In this document: positions 8,747-15,943 of the stretch, piece by piece
Numbering within the stretch: the stretch's first letter is position 1
How the letters are laid out: the number at the start of each line of letters is the position of its first letter
Source: an uncultured Fibrobacterota bacterium
GTDB taxonomy: Bacteria > Fibrobacterota > Chitinivibrionia > Chitinivibrionales > CAZJJT01
Assembly (NCBI GenBank): GCA_964546395.1
Contig: CAZJJT010000002.1
Location: forward strand, 1 to 39,869
Reading direction: 5' to 3'
DNA: 39,869 nucleotides
The notes under the pieces: model-generated
Database searches by the model: none
What the model saw: only the letters and a program-made list of their open reading frames with translations
What the model was told of the DNA's origin: nothing
Position numbers and translations under genes: made by a program

Positions 8747-9289
8747 TCAGAACGGCACGTCGGCGTCAGCCTTCGGCCCGTCCTGTGCCACGGCCACCGC
8801 AGTCTCCTGCTCGGCCTTCGGCTCTATCTCCGCCTTCTGTGCCTTCGCGCCGCTCACAAGCGACTGAAGGAGGCGGCGGCCGCGCTTGGCCTTGTCCTCC
8901 GACTTGTACTTCAGCCACACCTTGCACCCGCGCGGCTCAGCCGTCTCCATCGTGACAATCACCGCGTGGGTGTAGTCGCCCTGCGGCGTCTTCAACGCCA
9001 CCACGTCACCGAAACACACGATGCGGGCGGGGTCGAGCAGTTCGGTCCCGTGCGAGAACACCTCGGGATTGGCCGACTTCATGATGGCGTACAGGGCGCC
9101 GTGTGCGTGCCGGGCGGTCTCGGAACTCTTGAACGAGCAGCGCGAGTAGCCGATCGTGGTGACAATCCTGAACGAATGCGTCCGCTCGAACCTGCGGTGC
9201 TCTTCGGGGATCTCCTCCACCGGACCGACGTACACGATCTGCGACACCTGATACGACTCACCGTTACTGGTAAACACACCACTCTTCAT
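8747..9289 (-). CDS. Hypothetical protein (180 aa) with folded N-region, K/A/E/Q-rich linker and SSB-like acidic C-terminal tip ...DADVPF
   Basis: ATG 9289 is preceded by GAAGGAG at 7-nt spacing, so the 260-aa ORF-track extension is not needed. The product begins MKSGVFTSNGESYQVSQIVYVGPVEE. There is no signal peptide or TM helix. It ends AKAQKAEIEPKAEQETAVAVAQDGPKADADVPF-stop, verified on the nucleotides at 8747-8779. I recognise no family for the N-domain. Confidence 0.7.
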   Translation of the reverse strand: MKSGVFTSNGESYQVSQIVYVGPVEEIPEEHRRFERTHSFRIVTTIGYSRCSFKSSETARHAHGALYAIMKSANPEVFSHGTELLDPARIVCFGDVVALKTPQGDYTHAVIVTMETAEPRGCKVWLKYKSEDKAKRGRRLLQSLVSGAKAQKAEIEPKAEQETAVAVAQDGPKADADVPF

Positions 9290-9573
9290 GCTGAAACTCC
9301 TTCGGCTTGATTTTGATGAGTGTTCGGGACTCGCGTTCGTCACCTGTCCTGCCTGCCGGTCCGGACAGCAGGCTGGCACGGGTGTGCTGCGACGTGCGGG
9401 AAGAGTGCATGCGATTGTGTATCCCGGGTCTGCCGCCTGCCGCATACGTCCGCGCTCCCTTTCTGCCGCCGCACACTCGTGTCGGCGACAGCCACAGCAC
9501 AACGCAATGCGCGTGCCAGCAGCACGCACCGTGCGAGGCGCATCCTATTACAGAGATAGAGTGACACGCACGC
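9290..9573 (-). promoter_or_regulatory. Long non-coding 5' region (promoter plus structured leader) of the 8747-9289 gene
   Basis: About 320 nt of non-coding sequence lies between the upstream gene's stop (9611) and ATG 9289. It contains a 9-bp inverted repeat (gctggcacg 9372-9380 / cgtgccagc 9512-9520). An adjacent imperfect inverted pair (ggtgtgctgc 9381-9390 / gcagcacgcacc 9519-9530) is arranged so that the two helices cannot nest. There is also a local hairpin (ctgtcc 9344-9349 / ggacag 9363-9368). No known riboswitch consensus was recognised. Confidence 0.3.
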
Positions 9574-9574
9574 C

Positions 9575-9590
9575 ACACGGTCGACCGTGT
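9575..9590 (-). terminator. 16-nt perfect palindrome downstream of the GntR/LacI regulator gene (weak terminator or operator candidate)
   Basis: acacggtcgaccgtgt is a perfect palindrome located 21 nt after the stop at 9611 (minus strand). The stem is short and there is no U-tract, hence low confidence. Confidence 0.3.
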
Positions 9591-9610
9591 TGGCGCAACC
9601 TACGGTCGCG

Positions 9611-11188
9611 TCAATGCCTTACGTGTGGTACGCGGTCGCGCAAGCGCGACCCGCTAGCGGGAGGTGCCGTGCTCGCGCGCGAGATAACCATGCCGGGACT
9701 GTTTACGATACGCATGGCGGGAGGGAACAGCGTGCTGTCGGGTCGGAGCACGTGGTCGAGCATCTTCAGTGCCACCGCCGCGACATCGAAATCGTAGCTG
9801 GTCAGATTGTTGTACGACGCGTTGCCGGTATTATCGAAGCCGACCACGGAGAGATGGCCGGGGACGGCGATGTGGTGGCTGCGCAGGAAGCGCAGCGCGT
9901 GTATCGCAATCCCGTCGTTGACACAGACCCAGGCGGTGGGATGGGCAAGGGCCAGCGCCTGTTCGAACAAGGGCTGCAGTTCGTGCTGGAGCACGGCGTT
10001 GAACACGTGGTCGGGGTTGATGGTCCATGACTGCGACTCACTGGCCCAGTTGATGAGGACTTCGTTGCTCCCCTCCACCAGGCCCAGATCGCCCAGCTCG
10101 AGCGACAGGTCGCGCTCGTCCGCCTGTGCGACAGTCTTGCGGCGGCGGTCGAGTATCTCGGATGCGCGACGCTGCAGGCTGTCTCGAAGGTTGTTGACCG
10201 CGACAAGATCAACGGAATACTCGCGGCCGCCGGTCTCGAAGGCTTGTCGCATGCTCTCGTAGCGAATCGGGTACACCCAGTCACCGTGAAACGGTGAGAT
10301 GAACGCGACGTGTCGGTGACCCAGGCGCAGCAGGAATCGCCCGACTTCGGCCCCCGCGAACACCTCATCGAACTGGAACACGCGCAGGCGATAGCGGGTG
10401 AGTGCGCTCTGGGAGATACGCGTGGTGACATGGTTGTAGTTGTCGTACATGGCCGTGGGCTTGCGCTGTGCCGCGAACTCTTCGAGTATCTCGCGGTTGT
10501 AGGCTCCCGACTGGTAGAACAGCCCGCCCAGGACACGGTAGTCACGGATAGTGCGGCGAAGCGTTTCCATGTCGCCCATGCCGTGTGGTCTGAACAGCAG
10601 GCGCCTGCGACCGCACTCGCTTTCGAGCTGCCGCACCAGGTCGCCCGCTTCGGGGAAGTTGCGGTACTGCGTGCGGAACAGCTCCTGGGGAGTGATGTAC
10701 GCGACCATGTTCTCCGACAACTGCTCTTCGGGACGTATCACACGGTACGTGCGTTTGTGCGGGCGCAACACCTGCTCCTCCACCAGCCCCTCGAGTGCCT
10801 TCTTGAGTGTACGGAAATCGACACCGTAGCGGCTCTGGAGCTGGCGGGCAGGGGGAAGGAATGTCTGTTTGTGAAAGTCCCCGTCGTACAACTCCGATTC
10901 GATACGCCGCTTGAGCTGCTCCCACTTCTGCAGCGAGCGGCGGGGAAGGGGGGCGAGAAGCGCGCCCGGCCCACCGGCAACGATCCCGCGCCGGCGGCGC
11001 GCGGTGAGTCTGCCTTCAGCCACCAGTACCGACACGGCTCGTGCCATGGTCCCGCGCGAGACCTCTGCCAGGCCCGCGAGCTGCTGGGTGGTGGGAAGCC
11101 GCTCGCCGTCACTCCAGGCGACCGCGAGATTGGCACGCAGAAACTCCAGTGCTCTGGCGAGGGCTGAGGAGGAAGCGGCCGTGTTCAT
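9611..11188 (-). CDS. Transcriptional regulator with two tandem GntR-type winged-HTH modules and a LacI/PBP1-type sugar-binding domain
   Basis: ATG 11188 directly abuts the upstream gene's TAG stop. wHTH 1 is LPTTQQLAGLAEVSRGTMARAVSVLVAEGRLTARRRRGIV. wHTH 2 is FLPPARQLQSRYGVDFRTLKKALEGLVEEQVLRPHKRTYRV. The C-terminal HRHVAFISPFHG...TAWVCVNDGIAIHALRFLRSHHIAVPGHLSVVGFDN is the LacI-family periplasmic-binding-fold signature. Confidence 0.85.
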   Translation of the reverse strand: MNTAASSSALARALEFLRANLAVAWSDGERLPTTQQLAGLAEVSRGTMARAVSVLVAEGRLTARRRRGIVAGGPGALLAPLPRRSLQKWEQLKRRIESELYDGDFHKQTFLPPARQLQSRYGVDFRTLKKALEGLVEEQVLRPHKRTYRVIRPEEQLSENMVAYITPQELFRTQYRNFPEAGDLVRQLESECGRRRLLFRPHGMGDMETLRRTIRDYRVLGGLFYQSGAYNREILEEFAAQRKPTAMYDNYNHVTTRISQSALTRYRLRVFQFDEVFAGAEVGRFLLRLGHRHVAFISPFHGDWVYPIRYESMRQAFETGGREYSVDLVAVNNLRDSLQRRASEILDRRRKTVAQADERDLSLELGDLGLVEGSNEVLINWASESQSWTINPDHVFNAVLQHELQPLFEQALALAHPTAWVCVNDGIAIHALRFLRSHHIAVPGHLSVVGFDNTGNASYNNLTSYDFDVAAVALKMLDHVLRPDSTLFPPAMRIVNSPGMVISRASTAPPASGSRLRDRVPHVRH

Positions 11189-12661
11189 CTATCCCTGCCT
11201 CCTCACGTCAGAGGGCGACATTCCGTAGTGCTTGCGGTACACCGCCGAGAAGTACTTGTACGAACCGTAGCCGACCTCGAGGCTGATGTGCGATATCGAG
11301 AGCGAGGTGGTGCGCAGCAGCCGGTCGGCTTCCTCCAGGCGGATCCGGTTGAGGAATGCCGTGAAACTCACCCCGGTTTCCTTCTTGAACAGCGTAGAGA
11401 GGTACTTGGGGTTCTTGTGCAGGCGACTGGCGACGAACTGCAGGTTGAGGTCCTCATCATGGTACTCAGTCTTCACCAGCGCCACCATCGAGGCCACCAG
11501 CGGGCCGGTCTGCGAAGCAGCGAACGTGTCGCCCGACACCGGGGCCACCGCTATGGCATCGGCGCGGCGTCGCCACACCACCCACAGCAGCACCCCGATC
11601 AGCAGCGCGGCGACGCAGGCCCCGGGGATGCGGGCCCACGTCGGAACACGAGGGGCGGTGAGCAGCAGCGCACCCCACTCCGAGGCGTTGTGGTGGTTGC
11701 CGATATGCAGTCCGCTCCAGGTGTGTACCGAGTAGAGTCCGTCCCGTTTGTCAAGGTCGACGTTGGACACTTCGAAGCCGATGCGCATGCCATGCCGCGG
11801 CCGCAGACCCAGGCGCTCCCACGGCACGGCACAGCGGGCCTCGTAGCCCTCGGCGGTGCGTCCACCGGATACGGCCAGGTTGAAGCGCAGGGGGTGGTGG
11901 GTGAGCGAGCAGTACCCGCCGTACGCCACGCCGTCGGGGTGCAGCAGCAGCTGGTATGTCGTGGTGTCCACCAGGGACGTGCGGCAGAACGTGGGGTCGA
12001 CAAACAACTCGACCACATCACCGTACCACCACGCACGTTGCTGCGGTGCGTATTGCTGCGAATCGGCGCACACGATTGACGGGTCGTACACCGACACGAG
12101 CACGTACAGCGTGTCGGCGGTCCAGCAGCACTGGAATGTCACCGTGTTGTCGCCGTTCTTGTACTGCGCCGCGGGCATGTCAGGGTTCAGCACGGCGGCC
12201 GGCGGCGGGATCCCGTAGCGGCACACCAGTTCGCGGTGGGGCGTGGGGTCGCTGGTGCGATCGACCACGAAGTCCGAGACTGTCCGGCGGATCGTGTCAC
12301 CCCGGGCGGTGTAGGCGACCACGCCGACGCTCATGCGGTGGTGGTACTGATCCTGCAGGTCGGAGATATCCCAGATCCACTGGTAGGGCGCAGTGTGCGT
12401 GGTGTGCAGGACCGAGTCCACCACCTGCTGGTAGAAACTGATGAAACTGCCGGGCTGGTAGCCCGCGGTGAAATACGTGGTGATGAATTCCATGCTCACC
12501 ACCGAATCGTCGACGAGATCGCACTCCGCCTCAATGAGCAGGGAGTTAGTGGTAATTATCTGGCCGGCGGCCGGGCGCACGATGCGCAGCGCGGTCTGCG
12601 GGAGCGCTGCAACAGCGCACCACAGGCAGCAGAGAGCGACGCGTGTGGGAATGCCGGGCAT
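11189..12661 (-). CDS. Single-pass membrane-tethered AraC-family regulator with extracytoplasmic Ig-like plus CBM9-like sensor domain
   Basis: ATG 12661 is preferred over the ORF-track TTG at 12691, which sits flush against the upstream hairpin. Signal-like MPGIPTRVALCCLWCAVAALPQ. CBM9-like pattern WTADTLYVLVSVYDPSIV...WWYGDVVELFVDP...GYEARCAVPWERLGL...GMRIGFEVSNVDLD. TM helix IPGACVAALLIGVLLWVVW followed by RRR (about 11573-11632). The C-terminal 127 aa are an AraC double HTH (FVASRLHKNPKYLSTLFKKETGVSFTAFLNRIRLEEADRLL...GYGSYKYFSAVYRKHYGMSPSDVRR). Confidence 0.85.
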   Translation of the reverse strand: MPGIPTRVALCCLWCAVAALPQTALRIVRPAAGQIITTNSLLIEAECDLVDDSVVSMEFITTYFTAGYQPGSFISFYQQVVDSVLHTTHTAPYQWIWDISDLQDQYHHRMSVGVVAYTARGDTIRRTVSDFVVDRTSDPTPHRELVCRYGIPPPAAVLNPDMPAAQYKNGDNTVTFQCCWTADTLYVLVSVYDPSIVCADSQQYAPQQRAWWYGDVVELFVDPTFCRTSLVDTTTYQLLLHPDGVAYGGYCSLTHHPLRFNLAVSGGRTAEGYEARCAVPWERLGLRPRHGMRIGFEVSNVDLDKRDGLYSVHTWSGLHIGNHHNASEWGALLLTAPRVPTWARIPGACVAALLIGVLLWVVWRRRADAIAVAPVSGDTFAASQTGPLVASMVALVKTEYHDEDLNLQFVASRLHKNPKYLSTLFKKETGVSFTAFLNRIRLEEADRLLRTTSLSISHISLEVGYGSYKYFSAVYRKHYGMSPSDVRRQG

Positions 12662-12691
12662 ATACAGGAGAATATACGACACCGAACGCAA

Positions 12692-12723
12692 CCGGGCCGG
12701 TCGCTGTGCAGCGACCGGCCCGG
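12692..12723 (-). terminator. Perfect 13-bp GC-rich stem-loop downstream of the GH30 gene (putative terminator/attenuator)
   Basis: ccgggccggtcgc-tgtgca-gcgaccggcccgg has arms that are exact reverse complements. It lies 25 nt after the GH30 stop (12749) and 30 nt before the ATG of the membrane AraC gene. On the minus strand it is followed by ttgcgttcggtg. Confidence 0.5.
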
Positions 12724-12748
12724 GGCCAACCCATTGAACGAACGCGGG

Positions 12749-14350
12749 TTAGCGGATTTCAACCGGGAGACGGTTCGCCCGCACTGCCCCGGTACCGTCA
12801 ATCAGCACCGCGTAGTAGGTCCCGCGCGACAGGCCCCTGTCACGCCCATCCCAGCTCACCCTGCCGTCATCGATACGGATATCGCGCAGCACCGTCACCA
12901 GCTTGCCGTCAAGCGCGTACACGTACGCATCGCCGTGCGCCGCCAGACCGGCGCGGTTCACGCGGCCCGTTGCCGGGTCGATGACCGGCGTGGAGGGGTT
13001 GTAGCCGGTGCCGTACAGCGTGGTGATTGAGCTTGCGGGAAGCGTGACACTGGTAGTGACCGCACCGGCGCTCACGCAGTTCTCCGAACTGCTCGTGCGG
13101 TACGACTGGAACGAGGGGAGGTCACTGCCCGAGAGTGTCACCGTGCGCGAGGCGCTGTTGGCGTTGAGCAGCACGATCGCAAGTGTGTGCTGCTGCGCGT
13201 GATAGAACGCAGCGGCAAACACGAGGTCATCGCCGCTCACCGGCGCACCTATCATCACGGCATCCGGCCGCACATATCGCGCGTACTGCTTGTGGACATA
13301 GTAGCGTTTGGTGGGGTTGCCGTTGTACATGAACACATACACGGAGTTGGTGGTGTTCTCGCTGAGCTGCCACCACACCCAGGCGCTCATGTGACCGTGA
13401 CGAAGGCCGGCGTAGATCATCTCCGCGAGGTGGAACGCATCAGTCCACGAGTCGCTGTACCCCGAGGTCTCGGTCATCCAGAGACCCTTGCCCGAAGGAT
13501 CCACGTTGCGTGCGGCCTGCTGCCACTTCAGCACCGCCGAGGAAGTCGGGGTGGGGTGCACGCCGTCACTGTACCCGTGCACCGCGAAGGCGCCGATGTG
13601 CTCGCGAGCCAGGGGGTCCTGGAACAGCTGGCCCTCGAACGTCCCCCAGTGAGCGAGCATGTGCTCGGCGCCGAACAGCTTCACATCGGGGTAGGTGCCG
13701 TGCACGCGCGGGCCGAACACCTTGAACACATCCCGGTAGCGTGTCGCGTCGTATACGCACGAGTTGTAGGGCTCGTCGAATGCCGGCTCGTTCTGCATGC
13801 TCAGTGCGTACAGGTCGATATTGCACTGGTCCTTGTAGGCTTTGACCGTGGCCACACCCAGTTCGCCAAGCTCAGCCTCGACACCGGTCTTGAGAATATT
13901 GGTGGCCGCATTGCCGCCCACCTCGCTGTTGTTGACTTTCATCCAGGCCGGCGGCGACCAATACGTCGCGATGAAACGGATGGGCTCGCCGCTCTGATCC
14001 GCCTTCGCCTTCAACGCGTTGATCCACCCCTTCTGCTTGTTGACAAAGATGCCGTTGGTGTTGAATGACCCCAGCGTGTTGGGGTCGCCGTTGTCGTTGG
14101 TCGGTTCGTAGTCCGGGTAGAACTCGTTGCGGTTCATGGTCATGCCCAGATCGTCGACCACGAGATTGAGGAAGTCGTTGTTGTAGAACGGCCCGCCGCT
14201 CCACCACACATTCATCGAACCGTGGGCCCCAAACCCCTCGATCGTCTGGTACGTGGAATCGGGCCGGAGCGACACTGTCACCTGCGCGACAGTTGCTGCG
14301 GCGAACGCTGCCACAAGTGCGGCAGACAAAACACTGATACGGCATCGCAT
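12749..14350 (-). CDS. Secreted glycoside hydrolase family 30 enzyme with C-terminal sorting domain
   Basis: ATG 14350 (Met9 of the ORF) with GGGGGG upstream. Signal peptide MRCRISVLSAALVAAFAAATVAQ. GH30 hallmarks are YQTIEGFGAHGS, ATYWSPPAWMK, the acid/base motif SMQNEP and the nucleophile motif LWMTETS. The C-terminal DAYVYALDGKLVTVL...SRGTYYAVLIDG is the CTD. Confidence 0.9.
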   Translation of the reverse strand: MRCRISVLSAALVAAFAAATVAQVTVSLRPDSTYQTIEGFGAHGSMNVWWSGGPFYNNDFLNLVVDDLGMTMNRNEFYPDYEPTNDNGDPNTLGSFNTNGIFVNKQKGWINALKAKADQSGEPIRFIATYWSPPAWMKVNNSEVGGNAATNILKTGVEAELGELGVATVKAYKDQCNIDLYALSMQNEPAFDEPYNSCVYDATRYRDVFKVFGPRVHGTYPDVKLFGAEHMLAHWGTFEGQLFQDPLAREHIGAFAVHGYSDGVHPTPTSSAVLKWQQAARNVDPSGKGLWMTETSGYSDSWTDAFHLAEMIYAGLRHGHMSAWVWWQLSENTTNSVYVFMYNGNPTKRYYVHKQYARYVRPDAVMIGAPVSGDDLVFAAAFYHAQQHTLAIVLLNANSASRTVTLSGSDLPSFQSYRTSSSENCVSAGAVTTSVTLPASSITTLYGTGYNPSTPVIDPATGRVNRAGLAAHGDAYVYALDGKLVTVLRDIRIDDGRVSWDGRDRGLSRGTYYAVLIDGTGAVRANRLPVEIR

Positions 14351-14534
14351 AATGAACCCCCCTGGTTGGTCCATTAGGGTGATGTAGGATGCGGCGGCTA
14401 CCGAAAAGATTGTTCGCTTCCGTCAGTCCCGCGTTTCTATTTTGTAATATAGGGGCGCATGCTGTGTGGCGCGCAGGGCAGGTGGTCGATGTGGTGTACT
14501 GTATAGCACAATTAGCACATAGGAACGGCCATTC
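14351..14534. promoter_or_regulatory. Divergent promoter region between GH30 and the FGGY kinase gene
   Basis: 184-bp gap between divergent starts. It has AT-rich patches (gtttctattttgtaatatagg; gtactgtatagcacaattagcacatagg). No boxes were assigned confidently. Confidence 0.3.
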
Positions 14535-15884
14535 GTGAGCGGATTTCTGGGGATTGATATCGGAACGTCGAAGACAGCGGCAGTGGTGGTGGATGCTGAG
14601 GGGACGGTGCTGGCGTCGTGCTCCCGTGTCCATGGCGCCTCAGTCGGAGGGCTTGCCGAAGGGCATGTGGAGCAGGAGGTTGACGTACTGCTGAACTCGG
14701 CGCGCGAGGCCGTGGCGGGACTGCCGTTAGCGGTGCGCACGATGCTCACGGCGGTAGGGGTGAGCGGGCAGATGCATGGGGTGGTGCTGGTGGATCGGGA
14801 GGGCAGCGCGTGCGGTAGACTGGTGAACTGGCAGGACCGGCGCTGCGATGCGGCGTTTCTGGCACGGCTGGCTGACGCTACCGGGCACCGCCTTCGCACC
14901 GGCTACGGGTGCGCCACGCTGGCGTGGTTGCAGGCACACGGGGGATTGCCGAAAGATGCGGTCGGTAGCTGCACGATACACGACCTGCTGGTCTGTCGGC
15001 TCTGCGGGTGCAGCCGCCCGGTGTGCGATCCGACCAACGCCGCGTCGTGGGGGTTGTTTGACCTCGCGAGCGCGAGCTGGGACAGTGCCGCGGTGGCGTC
15101 GGCGGGCCTGCCCGATGGCATCCTGCCGGACATAGTTCCGAGCGGCAGTATCACCGGAGAGCTATGCGGCCCCGAGGCAGCCAGCTTCGGGCTCCCCGCG
15201 GGCATCCCGGTGTGCGTCGCCCTCGGAGATAACCAGGCTTCGCTGCTGGCGACGCTGCGCGATGCGGAACACGAGCTGGCCCTCACGCTTGGCACGGGCG
15301 GACAGCTCAGTTCTGTCGGCGCGGCAGGAGCACGGCCTGAAGCGCTGAGCGGCAACGCGCCCTACGAGTACCGTCCGTACCCCGGCGGCCGCCTGCTCTG
15401 CGTGGCTTCATCGTTGTGCGGTGGTTCCGCCTGGAAATGGCTGGCCGACACGGTGCAGCGCATGCTGCAGGACACGGGGCGGCAGGAGCTGGTGGAAGAC
15501 GAACTGTACGCGCTTCTGAACGAGGCGGGGAAGAGCGCGAAGGAGGAGTTGACCGTGCACCCTCACTTTCTTGGCGAGCGCCACGACCCTGCGCTTCGAG
15601 GGAGTATCGAGGGGATCGACCTGGCGAACTGCTCGCTGGCGGCACTCGCGCGCGGGCTTGCGCGGGGGATCGTTGCCAACCTGCAATCGATGCTTCCTGA
15701 ACGCGCACATGCCGGCCGCACCCGCGTCGTGCTCAGCGGCAACGCTCTTCGCCGCAACCCGCTGCTGCGTCAGATGGCGGGAGAGGTGCTGCAGATGGAG
15801 ACGGTGCTGTCGGATCGGATCGAAGAAGCGGCGGTGGGGGCAGCCATTCTTGCGGGCGGCTTGTGCAGGAATCGTGTCACGTGA
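14535..15884 (+). CDS. FGGY-family carbohydrate kinase (sedoheptulokinase/xylulokinase-like)
   Basis: GTG start at 14535. The N-terminus MSGFLGIDIGTSKTAAVVVD is the FGGY/ASKHA phosphate-1 motif. Also present are GVSGQMHGVVLVD and ALTLGTGGQLS. Length is 449 aa. Confidence 0.85.
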   Translation: MSGFLGIDIGTSKTAAVVVDAEGTVLASCSRVHGASVGGLAEGHVEQEVDVLLNSAREAVAGLPLAVRTMLTAVGVSGQMHGVVLVDREGSACGRLVNWQDRRCDAAFLARLADATGHRLRTGYGCATLAWLQAHGGLPKDAVGSCTIHDLLVCRLCGCSRPVCDPTNAASWGLFDLASASWDSAAVASAGLPDGILPDIVPSGSITGELCGPEAASFGLPAGIPVCVALGDNQASLLATLRDAEHELALTLGTGGQLSSVGAAGARPEALSGNAPYEYRPYPGGRLLCVASSLCGGSAWKWLADTVQRMLQDTGRQELVEDELYALLNEAGKSAKEELTVHPHFLGERHDPALRGSIEGIDLANCSLAALARGLARGIVANLQSMLPERAHAGRTRVVLSGNALRRNPLLRQMAGEVLQMETVLSDRIEEAAVGAAILAGGLCRNRVT

Positions 15885-15943
15885 GACGAGGGTGGCCTCC
15901 CCTGGGGGAGGTACGGAGGGGGGGCGCCGGTTCGCATCTTCTG

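Noticed and set aside
9290-9573. Known riboswitch class in the long leader
   Set aside because: I compared it by eye with the remembered cores of TPP, SAM, cobalamin, glycine, c-di-GMP-I, fluoride and guanidine elements. None fits. It is kept only as an unclassified structured leader, not called as an ncRNA.
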